Source: Candidatus Woesearchaeota archaeon (GTDB taxonomy: Archaea > Nanobdellota > Nanobdellia > Woesearchaeales > DSVV01). From it: a DNA stretch of 64,000 nt. The notes beneath the pieces are model-generated. The model was not told the origin of the DNA. It ran no database searches and saw only the letters and a list, made by a program, of their open reading frames with translations. The first letter of the stretch is position 1; each line of letters begins with the position of its first letter. Shown here piece after piece: positions 37,908-47,509 of the stretch. The stretch is from positions 24,849 through 88,848 of the forward strand of contig JAGVYH010000001.1 in assembly GCA_018303325.1 (NCBI GenBank), in the 5' to 3' direction. The translations under genes were made by a program, and so were the position numbers.

Positions 37908-38681
37908 ATGTTATCACCATTAAATACAATCTCAAAAGGAAAAATAGAGAATAAAACTATTCAGGTGAATAAAATTACATCCGAATTTAAAATACTGAAA
38001 CACATCGCAATAATCATGGACGGAAACAGAAGATATGCCAAAAAACTTAAATTATCATCAGGAAAAGGCCATGAAAAAGGCGCAGAGAAACTGTTTGATG
38101 TAGTTGACTGGTGCTTAGAATTTAAAATCAAAGAACTGACACTTTACACATTTTCTATGCAGAACTTTAACAGGCAGAAAAGCGAAGTGAAAACATTATT
38201 CTTTTTGTTTAAAAAATATTTCACTAAACTTAAAGACGACAAAAAAATTCATAATAACAGAATCAGAATAAGAATTATTGGCAGAACCCATCTTTTTCCC
38301 CCTGACTTGCAGAAAAGCATAAGAGAAATAACTGAAAAAACAAAAGATTACGATAATCTCATCATAAACTTTGCAATGGCATACGGCGGAAGGGAAGAGA
38401 TTGTTGACGCTGCAAAACAAATTGCAGAGGAAGTAAAATTCAGCGATTTAAATATTGAAGAAATAAATGAAAAATTATTTTCAGAAAAGCTTTATCTTAA
38501 TTCAGATCCTGATATTGTAATAAGAACAGGCGGAGACACAAGAACATCTAACTTTCTGCCATGGCAGACAATTTATTCTGAATGGTTTTTTACCAAAAGC
38601 TTATGGCCTGAGTTTTCCAAAGAAGAGTTTACAGGCATCTTAAACGAATTCAGAGAAAGGCAGAGACGGTTTGGGAAGTAG
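37908..38681 (+). CDS. uppS: Undecaprenyl/di-trans,poly-cis-prenyl diphosphate synthase (cis-prenyltransferase)
   Basis: Motifs HIAIIMDGNRRYAKK and …RTGGDTRTSNFLPWQ. Confidence 0.85.
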   Translation: MLSPLNTISKGKIENKTIQVNKITSEFKILKHIAIIMDGNRRYAKKLKLSSGKGHEKGAEKLFDVVDWCLEFKIKELTLYTFSMQNFNRQKSEVKTLFFLFKKYFTKLKDDKKIHNNRIRIRIIGRTHLFPPDLQKSIREITEKTKDYDNLIINFAMAYGGREEIVDAAKQIAEEVKFSDLNIEEINEKLFSEKLYLNSDPDIVIRTGGDTRTSNFLPWQTIYSEWFFTKSLWPEFSKEEFTGILNEFRERQRRFGK

Positions 38682-38933
38682 AGATATATACAGGAGATTT
38701 ATACAAAAGCAACTAATTTATCAGAAAAGTAGTTGCTGTGTGTATATGTTTAAGTTCATACATTTATATTTTTTATATGTTTATATTTAAATGTCATCGC
38801 AAATAATTTGAATATTTTCTAGAGCTATTTAAACTGTTTCGGTCTCAGTTGAAAACTTTTCGGTTCTCGTCGGAAAACATGCGGAAAATCTGGCGATGGG
38901 TTTATTAAGGAGTTATGTCTTATATATTAGTCT

Positions 38934-39257
38934 ATGTTACCATCAAGAATAAAATATGCTGATGAAAAAGTACAAAAAGAGTTTGAAAGACTAAAAGAAA
39001 AGAATCCCGAATTATATAAATGGATTAACAATGCAATGGATATATTAGAAGAAGATGCACATTCAGGAATACAGATACAAAAAAGATTAATCCCTTATGA
39101 ATATATTAAAAAATATTCAGTTGATAATCTATGGAAATACAACTTACCAAAAGGGTGGAGATTAATATATTTTATAGGACATGAAGAGATTGTTGTCATT
39201 TGTATTATACTAGAATGGTTTGATCATAAAAGATATGAAAGAAGATTCAGATATTAA
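38934..39257 (+). CDS. RelE/ParE-like toxin-fold protein (putative)
   Basis: C-terminus WRLIYFIGHEEIVVICIILEWFDHKRY resembles the core strand of RelE/ParE. Confidence 0.35.
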   Translation: MLPSRIKYADEKVQKEFERLKEKNPELYKWINNAMDILEEDAHSGIQIQKRLIPYEYIKKYSVDNLWKYNLPKGWRLIYFIGHEEIVVICIILEWFDHKRYERRFRY

Positions 39258-39577
39258 TCATAATTTCTTCTAAATAAATGTTTGTCCTTAAGCCACTCTT
39301 TTACTTTCTCAGGATAATAAGCCCAACCAATCTTTCCCACTGCATCAATAGATATTCTTCTGTTTTCATAAAGATAATCAATTATCACACAAAAGGTTTG
39401 ATACATCATCTTTTTCGGAAGATGCTCCCACAATGCTCTCTTTTTAAATTCACCGTCATACTTTTTTATAAATTTCTCTACCATCAGCACAGTATCTAAT
39501 CTGGGATATCTTAAAACCTGCCTCGTGCAAAGCGCTGTTTCTTTCTTTTTGCTTTTAATAGGTTTAATATTCTTCAT
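39254..39577 (-). CDS. hypothetical protein
   Basis: ORF only. It is convergent with 38934..39257 and overlaps it by 4 nt. Confidence 0.35.
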   Translation of the reverse strand: MKNIKPIKSKKKETALCTRQVLRYPRLDTVLMVEKFIKKYDGEFKKRALWEHLPKKMMYQTFCVIIDYLYENRRISIDAVGKIGWAYYPEKVKEWLKDKHLFRRNYD

Positions 39578-39682
39578 GTTATATCAACTGATATAACAAG
39601 TAATATATATATTTTTCTGAAAAGAGTGGTTTTTTACCCTCAAACAAAAAGATTTATAACCCTTTTTCAATTACCTCAATAG

Positions 39683-41200
39683 ATGAATGAACAAAATCTT
39701 AAAAAAGAAGACATAAAAGAATTAGTGAAAAACAGCAAAATTAAACTTTACGAGTTAGAGGAATATCTCTTTCAGAATATTTTTAATTCTGACAGCGAAT
39801 ATTTTCAGCAGGCTGTTGAAATTAGCGAAAGGCTTCGCGCAGAAATTTTCGAAGAAACATTAGGAATTACATTAGACACAATAAAAGATGCTAATTATGG
39901 TTTATTAGTCAATAATTCGCGGTTAAAAGACGGCAACATCCTTAAAGGCACAGAATTAAAAATTGGCACTGCAAAGATACCATTAAGCATAGCGGGTCCT
40001 GTTAAAATTAACAGCCAGCAAAATAATGATAATAATAAGAATAGTAATAATTATAACAATGTAAACAATGAATTTTATATTCCAATCGCAACAAATGAAG
40101 CTGCTTTAGTCGCTGGTCTTAATAGGGGAATAAAAGCAATAAATTTAGCTGGAGGTGCAGCTGCTTCTGTTGTATACAATGGAATGACAAGAGCGCCATT
40201 ATTGGAAGCGCCTGATATTTTTTCTGCGCAAAAGTTTTCTGAAAATATTAATACTGGAAAATACAACGAGCTTTTCGCTAAAATCGTCGAGGAAAACGCA
40301 GAATACTCCAGATTTATGGACGTGAAAGCATTTCAGATTCAAAATAAGGTTTGGTTGCGGTTTAGATATAACACTGGCGAGGCAATGGGCATGAACTCTG
40401 CTGTAAAATACACAACATTAATCATGCAGGAATTATTAAATTCAGAGAAACATCCAGAAACAAAAGGTTTCAAACTTTTGGCATTGAGCGGCAATTTATG
40501 CTCTGACAAAAAAGCAGCAATGATAAATATTCTTGAAGGCAGAGGCTACAAAGCAGAAGCTTCAGTTATTATTTCTAATGAAATCCTTGAAAAAGTTTTC
40601 AATGTAAACGCTGAGAGAATAATCAAATTAAATTTTTGGAAAAATCATGTCGGCTCAAGCCTTGCGGGCTCATTAACAGGATGCAATGCAAACGCCGCAA
40701 ATACCATCGCAGGAATTTTCGCAGCAACCGGACAGGATCTTGCGCAGATTGTTGAAAGCTCTACTTGCTACACTTTTGCAGCGCCTGCATCTGCTTCATT
40801 CAATAATACACTTGGAGTTAATAATGCACTTAAATTTAGTATTACTTTACCATGTCTTGAAATCGGAACAATTGGCGGAGGCACTCAATTTGGAACTGCA
40901 AAAGAAGCGTTTGATATTATGTTCACAAACAACAGAAACAACAGCGTGAAAAACAGCGAAAACAACTGCACAAACTTAGAAGAAATAGAAATAAAAGAAA
41001 ATAGAAAAAATAATATAAATCATGAAATAGAAGAAAAGAGCGGAAATAATATAAATAATACCTGTACCAACCCACTCACAAGAACATTTGCAGAAGTTAT
41101 AGCTGCAGCAGTATTAGCACAGGAGCTTAATCTGCTTGCAGTATTGGCAAATGAGTACGCATTATGTAATTGTCATATGAAATTAGCGAGAGGAGAGTAA
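39683..41200 (+). CDS. hmgA: HMG-CoA reductase with Asn-rich low-complexity insertions
   Basis: Motifs IPLSIAGPVKIN, ATNEAALVAGLNRG, and GYKAEASVIISNE through to CNANAANTIAGIFAATGQD. Confidence 0.8.
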   Translation: MNEQNLKKEDIKELVKNSKIKLYELEEYLFQNIFNSDSEYFQQAVEISERLRAEIFEETLGITLDTIKDANYGLLVNNSRLKDGNILKGTELKIGTAKIPLSIAGPVKINSQQNNDNNKNSNNYNNVNNEFYIPIATNEAALVAGLNRGIKAINLAGGAAASVVYNGMTRAPLLEAPDIFSAQKFSENINTGKYNELFAKIVEENAEYSRFMDVKAFQIQNKVWLRFRYNTGEAMGMNSAVKYTTLIMQELLNSEKHPETKGFKLLALSGNLCSDKKAAMINILEGRGYKAEASVIISNEILEKVFNVNAERIIKLNFWKNHVGSSLAGSLTGCNANAANTIAGIFAATGQDLAQIVESSTCYTFAAPASASFNNTLGVNNALKFSITLPCLEIGTIGGGTQFGTAKEAFDIMFTNNRNNSVKNSENNCTNLEEIEIKENRKNNINHEIEEKSGNNINNTCTNPLTRTFAEVIAAAVLAQELNLLAVLANEYALCNCHMKLARGE

Positions 41201-41236
41201 AAAGTGTATTTGTTTAGTTGGTTAATGTTTTTTGAC

Positions 41237-41470
41237 CGCTCACAACCCGTAACTAGGGACGCAGTCCCCCGTCCTATGAAAAGTTTAAGTTTTTTCGAAG
41301 AGTTTATTAAAAAATTAAATTTCGAAAAACAAACTAAATTAAATCATGAGACGTGTGGCTTCGCCCAGGAACTATAGCAAAGGCACCAAATTTCCGTAAT
41401 TAATAATGCCTTTGCTATATACGTGGACTTTAACAAAAAAGATACGAATATTAAAGTCCACCATTATAAA
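41237..41470 (+). repeat. Family-E element (short form, 41237-41371) followed by a gcaaaggca hairpin and a 'ggactttaa' hairpin (41422-41470)
   Basis: Conserved termini. The 'ggactttaa' hairpin matches those at 5353-5398 and 44045-44092. Confidence 0.75.
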
Positions 41471-41524
41471 CAAAGACTAAATGTTTAAATAGATTAAATG
41501 TTGGTTGAATGACTTAGTATATTT

Positions 41525-42697
41525 ATGGTGTTAAGAATGCTTCAAAAACTAAACATTGGTATTGTCGGATTTGGATGCTATATTCCTAAATTCAGAATAA
41601 AAATAGAAGATATTGCTGCTGCCAATAATCAGAATGTTGAATTGTTAAAATCAGCTTTGCTTATTTCTGAAAAATCAGTTCCTAATAAAGATGAAGACGC
41701 AGTTACAATCGCTGTGGAAGCTGCAAAGACTGCAATTGCCAGAGCAGAGCAAGTATCAAAATTATTAAAAAATAATTCAAAAACAGAGAATAATATTTCT
41801 AGTGAATCAAATACTTCCAATGACGCTGTTAATAATTTTAACAAAACAAAAATCGGCGCAATTTACATGGGGAGTGAATCACATCCTTACGCAGTTAAAT
41901 CAAGCGCATCAATTCTTGGAGAAGCATTAGGTATAGGAAATAATTTTACTGCTGCTGATTTAGAATTTGCATGCAAGGCAGGAACAGCTGCACTGCAGAT
42001 GATATCAGGAATGGTCATGTCTGGAATTGTAGAATATGGCCTTGCAATCGGCGCAGACACTTCTCAGGGCGCGCCAGGAGATGCGTTAGAATATAGTGCG
42101 TCAGCAGGAGGCGCTGCATTTATCGTAGGAACCTCAGGCAAAGACAACGCAGGAAATGAAAAAACCGCAGCAAACATTCTCTACACATTATCAAAAACAA
42201 CAGACACACCTGATTTCTGGAGAAGGAACGCACAGAAATATCCAACACATATGGGTAGATTTACAGGCGAGGAAGCTTATTTCAAGCATGTAATCGAGAC
42301 GACACAGGCAATGCTTCAAGAAACAGGGTTTAAGATTAATGATTTTGATCATATTGTATTTCATCAGCCAAACGGAAAATTCCCGCTCACAGCAGCAAAA
42401 ACATTATGTGCAACAAAAGAACAATTAAAATTTGGAATTGTCGTGCATGAAATAGGAAATACTTATTCAGGCAGCTGCCTGTTAGGATTGACGAATGTGT
42501 TAGAAAATGCTCTTCCTAATCAAAGAATATTGCTTACATCATATGGTTCTGGCAGTGGCTCAGACTGTTTTGTTATTGAAACAACAGACCTTTTGCCTGA
42601 AACCCAGAAAATAGGCAAAAAGTTATTAAACCACCTAAGCAATAAGGTGTATGTCAATTATACTCAATACAGACAAATGGTTGAGATGATACATTAG
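41525..42697 (+). CDS. Hydroxymethylglutaryl-CoA synthase (archaeal type)
   Basis: Thiolase-fold condensing enzyme (…GSESHPYAVKSSA…, CKAGTAALQ) that sits next to the thiolase and DUF35 genes. Confidence 0.75.
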   Translation: MVLRMLQKLNIGIVGFGCYIPKFRIKIEDIAAANNQNVELLKSALLISEKSVPNKDEDAVTIAVEAAKTAIARAEQVSKLLKNNSKTENNISSESNTSNDAVNNFNKTKIGAIYMGSESHPYAVKSSASILGEALGIGNNFTAADLEFACKAGTAALQMISGMVMSGIVEYGLAIGADTSQGAPGDALEYSASAGGAAFIVGTSGKDNAGNEKTAANILYTLSKTTDTPDFWRRNAQKYPTHMGRFTGEEAYFKHVIETTQAMLQETGFKINDFDHIVFHQPNGKFPLTAAKTLCATKEQLKFGIVVHEIGNTYSGSCLLGLTNVLENALPNQRILLTSYGSGSGSDCFVIETTDLLPETQKIGKKLLNHLSNKVYVNYTQYRQMVEMIH

Positions 42698-42748
42698 AAA
42701 TTAGTAGAATAAATGTTATATAGAACACATTAAAAAAGGTAAAATAAT

Positions 42749-43897
42749 ATGAAAGTAGGTATAATCGGCGTCGGAGCAACAAAGTTTGGAGAGTTATGGA
42801 GATATGGGATTAAAGATTTATTAGCTGAATCACAACTGCTTGCATTAGAAGACGCTGGTTTAAGCGAGAGAGATATAGATATGATAGTCACAGGCAATAT
42901 GTGCTCAAGCACTTTTTCCGGACAAAGCCATCTTGGCAGCATGGCAAGCGAAATTTTAAATATCAATGTTCCTTCTATCCGCGTCGAGGCTGCCTGCGCT
43001 TCTGGCAGCGTTGCAATAAGACAAGGCATTCACGCAATAAATTCAGGAGAAGCTGATATTGTTATGGTTAACGGCGTGGAAAAAATGACAGATGTGCAGA
43101 CAAGACAGGCAACAACAGGATTAATGGGTGCAGGAGACGAGGAATGGGAAGGCACACAAGGATTAACATTTTGCGGATTGTATGCAATGATGGCAAGAGC
43201 TTATATGCACAAATATAGCTTAACCAGAGAACAGCTTGCTTTAGTGAGCGTAAAAAATCATAAGCATGCAACACTTAACCCCATTGCTCATTTTCATAAT
43301 GAAATCACAGTTGATCAGGTAATCAACAGCTCAATCATTGCAGATCCTTTAACATTATTAGACTGTTCGCCAATTACAGACGGAAGTGCTTCAATAATCT
43401 TAGCCAGCGAAGAGGTTGCTAAAAAATTTGAGAAACCAGTATGGATAATTGGAAGCGGACAGGCAAATGATACATTAAGCCTGCATGCCCGTAAATCATT
43501 GACAGAAATCACAGCAACAACACAGGCAGTGCAAAGAGCATTATTACAGGCAAAGATGGGTATTGACAAAGTGGATGTTACAGAGGTTCATGATTGCTTT
43601 TCAATTGCAGAAGTTATGGCTATTGAAGATTTAGGGCTTATTCCTAGAGGAGAAGCAGGAAAAATAATGGAAGAAGGACAAACTTATTTCGACGGAAAAA
43701 TTCCAATCAATAGCTGCGGCGGATTAAAAGCCTGCGGCCATCCAATCGGCGCAACTGGAATAAAACAGGCATGGGAAATTGTCAAACAATTAAGGGGAGA
43801 AGCAGGAAAACGGCAGGTAAAAGGAGCGCAGATAGGATTAACGCACAATGTCGGCGGAACCGGAAGCACTGTTGTTGTTCATGTGTTTTCGAAATGA
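42749..43897 (+). CDS. Acetyl-CoA C-acetyltransferase (thiolase)
   Basis: MKVGIIGVGATKFGE…, active-site Cys region VEAACASGSVAI, and C-terminus NSCGGLKACGHPIGATG. Confidence 0.85.
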   Translation: MKVGIIGVGATKFGELWRYGIKDLLAESQLLALEDAGLSERDIDMIVTGNMCSSTFSGQSHLGSMASEILNINVPSIRVEAACASGSVAIRQGIHAINSGEADIVMVNGVEKMTDVQTRQATTGLMGAGDEEWEGTQGLTFCGLYAMMARAYMHKYSLTREQLALVSVKNHKHATLNPIAHFHNEITVDQVINSSIIADPLTLLDCSPITDGSASIILASEEVAKKFEKPVWIIGSGQANDTLSLHARKSLTEITATTQAVQRALLQAKMGIDKVDVTEVHDCFSIAEVMAIEDLGLIPRGEAGKIMEEGQTYFDGKIPINSCGGLKACGHPIGATGIKQAWEIVKQLRGEAGKRQVKGAQIGLTHNVGGTGSTVVVHVFSK

Positions 43898-43927
43898 AAT
43901 ACAAATAATAGTATTCGTTTTTGTTTA

Positions 43928-44157
43928 GTTCCTGGGCGAAGCCACCCGTCTCATGATGAAGTTTAGGTTTTTTTATTTTAAACTTGAACAGTTTATGTAT
44001 AGGCACGGACATTAATTTTTATATATCCTATCCGTGACTATATTCGCGGACTTTAACAAAATTAATACGAATATTAAAGTCCGCCACTATAACGATTAAA
44101 AAAACGTAAAAAACTTTTCATGAGACGGTGGACTGCGTCCCACAAACGTGTTGGGAG
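43928..44157 (-). repeat. Family-E element in inverted orientation, carrying an internal 'ggactttaa' hairpin (44045-44092) and a cacggataggata…gtccgtgcc hairpin
   Basis: The reverse complement gives a left end gtttgtgggacgcagtccaccgtctcatgaaaag and a right end catcatgagacgggtggcttcgcccaggaac. Confidence 0.75.
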
Positions 44158-44249
44158 TAAATAATATGTTACAAAAGCACATAAATTGAAATAATCTATT
44201 GCAAATAGTGATAAGGAAAAGTGGCATCTAAGCACAACAAGGTGAAATA

Positions 44250-44663
44250 ATGTACAGAGAAAGCCCAATAATCAGATGGAGAAGATATCCTGAAAGGTAC
44301 AGATTAGAAGGAAACAAGTGCGCACAATGCAGCAAGATTTATTTTCCTAAGACATACTTGTGCGAATGCGGTTCAAAGAAGTTTTTACCTCATCAATTAA
44401 AACCAAGAGGAAAGATATTAACTTACACAGAAATAAAATCTTCTCCAGAAGAATTCTCAGAAATGACTCCTTATTGTGTCGCCATAATTGAACTGAATGA
44501 AGGGCCGAAAATAACAACACAGATAGCAGATTGTGATGTTTCTGAAATAAAAATTGGTGATGAAGTGGAAATGGTGTTTAGAAAATTTCTCGCGTCAGGA
44601 GAAGAAGGAATTATACATTATGGGTTTAAGTTTAAGAAGGTTGAAGAGAATATAGTAAATTAA
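44250..44663 (+). CDS. DUF35 Zn-ribbon/OB-fold scaffold protein of the thiolase/HMGCS complex
   Basis: CxxC…CxC zinc ribbon (CAQCSKIYFPKTYLCECGS) plus an OB-fold. It is in the canonical position. Confidence 0.75.
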   Translation: MYRESPIIRWRRYPERYRLEGNKCAQCSKIYFPKTYLCECGSKKFLPHQLKPRGKILTYTEIKSSPEEFSEMTPYCVAIIELNEGPKITTQIADCDVSEIKIGDEVEMVFRKFLASGEEGIIHYGFKFKKVEENIVN

Positions 44664-44674
44664 AGTGTTATACT

Positions 44675-46114
44675 TTATAAAAATTCAACTGCTTTTCCTG
44701 TTCTGAAATCTTGTAACTTTGAATCTTTTCCTGGTTTTTGTATATATTGGATGTTTGAAGAGCTAAGATCTATATTTTTAACCCTGCTGCCACCTATTAT
44801 AAACCCGGTTTCAGAAGTAGTTTCAGCAATAGAAAATAATTTATTGTCTATTATTAATCCTAATCCATTAGGTGAACTATATTTCCATTCTACTGCAACA
44901 GATATATGATGATCATAATAAACCAACCTATAATCAACTCCTGCTTGTTCCAATAAAGAAGCATAAAGAATGACTTTTCCACTGCAATCAGAACCTCTTG
45001 ACATCAGCACTTCGTTAGGTCTTTTTAAAACTTCAGTACCGCCTGTTACTTCTGATTGATCATATTTTACTTCACGTGTTACAAAATCCAAAAGCCGCTG
45101 AGCAGTATGCTCGTTAGATATTGGAGAAGGAACTAATGAAGTTACTAATCTTTCCAATGATGGCTCGCCTTTTTTTGCAACAAAAGCACCATGATTATGT
45201 ACAATCTCGATGGCACCATTACCATTTTTTCCTAAATTAATCCTGAGAGAACCACCATGAATACTTCTGTTTTCAGCAAAATCTTCTAATTCTTTTAAAG
45301 AAAAGGTGTATGTTGCACTTTTATAAGGAACACTGATCTGTGCTGACGGATTAACCCTAAAATCAACTGAAGGAAATCTGAAAATATAATGCCCTGGTTT
45401 TCTAAATCCATATTTTTCAAGTAATAGAACACTACCATCATATTTTCCATCCTGTGTTTGACCCCATCTAATTGCACTTGGATTTTTTGACAATCTTTGT
45501 AAATCCTGTTTATTATATTTGTTAACGGGTATTGAAAAATAGACCATTCCTTCGGTTAAGTCATACATCATTAATTCTGCGCTTGTTCCAGTTATCTGTC
45601 CTGTAAAGTTAGAGCTTGTAAATCTTGGTTGTGCCATATAACTTAAGACAATAGAAGTGATATCATCCATTTCTGCAGTTCTTGGCTCTGATTTTGGAGC
45701 TGGTTTTTGTGTGGTTGTATGATTTGTAGAAGGGGAAGGGGCGGTGGTAGGATGATTAGTTGTAGGATGAGATGTTGTAGATGAAATAGGTGCTTGTGCT
45801 TTTTTACTTCCTTTACTTCCTTTTTTTTGTGGTGATTGTTTTCCTTTTTGAGTTCCTGAGTTTTGAGTTCCTGAATCTTCAAATAAAGGATTTTTTGGTG
45901 GCTCTGGATTTGCAACTGATTGTTCTATTGCCTTTGTTGGTTTTTGCCATTCTCTATATGCATCTTTATAAAAATCAACTGCGTTTTCACCTAACAATAC
46001 AGTAGAAAATATAGATAAAAATCCACCAGAAGCTAACCAAATCAATTTTACAAGTCTTGATTCTTTCGCCTTTCTTATTCTTTCATTATCTTCTTCAGCA
46101 TTATATTGTACCAT
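44675..46114 (-). CDS. Membrane-anchored protein with a Thr/Pro-rich linker and a transglutaminase-like Cys-protease core
   Basis: N-terminal TM. Core motifs GSDCSGKVILYASLLEQAGVDYRLVYY and HHISVAVEW. Confidence 0.45.
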   Translation of the reverse strand: MVQYNAEEDNERIRKAKESRLVKLIWLASGGFLSIFSTVLLGENAVDFYKDAYREWQKPTKAIEQSVANPEPPKNPLFEDSGTQNSGTQKGKQSPQKKGSKGSKKAQAPISSTTSHPTTNHPTTAPSPSTNHTTTQKPAPKSEPRTAEMDDITSIVLSYMAQPRFTSSNFTGQITGTSAELMMYDLTEGMVYFSIPVNKYNKQDLQRLSKNPSAIRWGQTQDGKYDGSVLLLEKYGFRKPGHYIFRFPSVDFRVNPSAQISVPYKSATYTFSLKELEDFAENRSIHGGSLRINLGKNGNGAIEIVHNHGAFVAKKGEPSLERLVTSLVPSPISNEHTAQRLLDFVTREVKYDQSEVTGGTEVLKRPNEVLMSRGSDCSGKVILYASLLEQAGVDYRLVYYDHHISVAVEWKYSSPNGLGLIIDNKLFSIAETTSETGFIIGGSRVKNIDLSSSNIQYIQKPGKDSKLQDFRTGKAVEFL

Positions 46115-46282
46115 AACACATTATATGGAGGAACTAGTATATAAATCTTTTGTTTTTGTAACCCCTTATTAGTAGTTAAAATATAAACGAAATATACTTT
46201 TATCAGTTAATGTCAAAACTATATTCTAAAACTTTTCAATTTTCAGAAATCTTATCACTAAATATGAATTTTACTGAAAACA

Positions 46283-47344
46283 CTACCTGCAATAAGTCCT
46301 AACCAACTCTTTAGCAATTTTACGCAGATGTGGATTTTGTATTAAACCCAAATTACAAGGAATTAACCCACCGTTTAATTGATCAATAGATTTTATTCCT
46401 TGTGTATACCACTCTGCAACGTAATCTTTTGTTCTTTGAATTACGTTTGAAAGATATGCAGGAACTCTATGTGGTTCAGACAACAGTCTCATTATTTCTA
46501 AAGTACCATGCTCATGGTTTGCATCAGTATCATAATCAACAGGAAATGCTGCAACTGCATACTCCATTCCTAACTGCATTGCAAACTGCGCTTCAGGGTT
46601 AGCTGTCATGCCAATAATATCTGCATAAGTTGATCTTTTCATCCCCTCTGCTGATGAGCTAAATCTATCGCCAGGGATTGTTACATAAATACCATGCTCA
46701 TGAACATTATTAAAATAATTTCCCTCTTTTGCGCAGTCAATTAAGATTTTTCTTAATCCTTCAGAAAATGCAGGTCTTGGATTAAAATGTATTACTAACC
46801 CAACACCCCAAATATTATCATTTCTTCCTGTTTCATCAATATAATCATGGGGAACAACCAGCTCTTCCAATTTTATTGTATTTTGTCTGAGGCTTCCAAC
46901 TGCGCTGGTTGCAATAACCACATTTGCGCCGAGACTTTTCGCTGCGATTAAATTAGCTGCATATTGTGAGCATGAAGGCCCATATCTTACACTATGACCA
47001 TGTCTTGGAATGAATATAACACCATCTCTTTCTTTGTATTCAATTACACCAGGCAGAAGGAAATCATCTTCTGATTGAAACTTAACCACCCCGGATGCTT
47101 GTTTATCTTCTGTAAAAATAGTTATAGGAACTATGGAATTATGAATGTTACCTTTACGGCAGCAGCCATTTAATTCAACACCCATTCGTTTCCACACCTC
47201 TTCAACTCTCGGCTCAACATATTGCGTGTCAAATCTCTTAAATTCACCTAAACCTTCGAGGCTGTCACCTATGCCAGAACCGCCAATAATTGCGATCTTG
47301 ACATCATGTGTATTTACATCATTTGTTTTTCTTACAGTTACCAT
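46283..47344 (-). CDS. Purine nucleoside / 5'-methylthioadenosine phosphorylase (PNP family 2) with insertions
   Basis: IAIIGGSGIGD and FIPRHGHSVRYGPSCSQYAANLIAAKSLGANVVIATSAVGSL. Confidence 0.7.
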   Translation of the reverse strand: MVTVRKTNDVNTHDVKIAIIGGSGIGDSLEGLGEFKRFDTQYVEPRVEEVWKRMGVELNGCCRKGNIHNSIVPITIFTEDKQASGVVKFQSEDDFLLPGVIEYKERDGVIFIPRHGHSVRYGPSCSQYAANLIAAKSLGANVVIATSAVGSLRQNTIKLEELVVPHDYIDETGRNDNIWGVGLVIHFNPRPAFSEGLRKILIDCAKEGNYFNNVHEHGIYVTIPGDRFSSSAEGMKRSTYADIIGMTANPEAQFAMQLGMEYAVAAFPVDYDTDANHEHGTLEIMRLLSEPHRVPAYLSNVIQRTKDYVAEWYTQGIKSIDQLNGGLIPCNLGLIQNPHLRKIAKELVRTYCR

Positions 47345-47509
47345 CTTATGTGTGAATTTAAGCGCTGCTTATAAAGATTTATAGAGTTTAATAAATATGT
47401 GCAAAGTGCTATAAATTTAGGTAATAACTATAACTAACAAGTGCTGCCAGTTAACACATACAAGAATACCACAACAACATTTAAAAACAGCCTTGCTTTT
47501 TTCTAGTCT

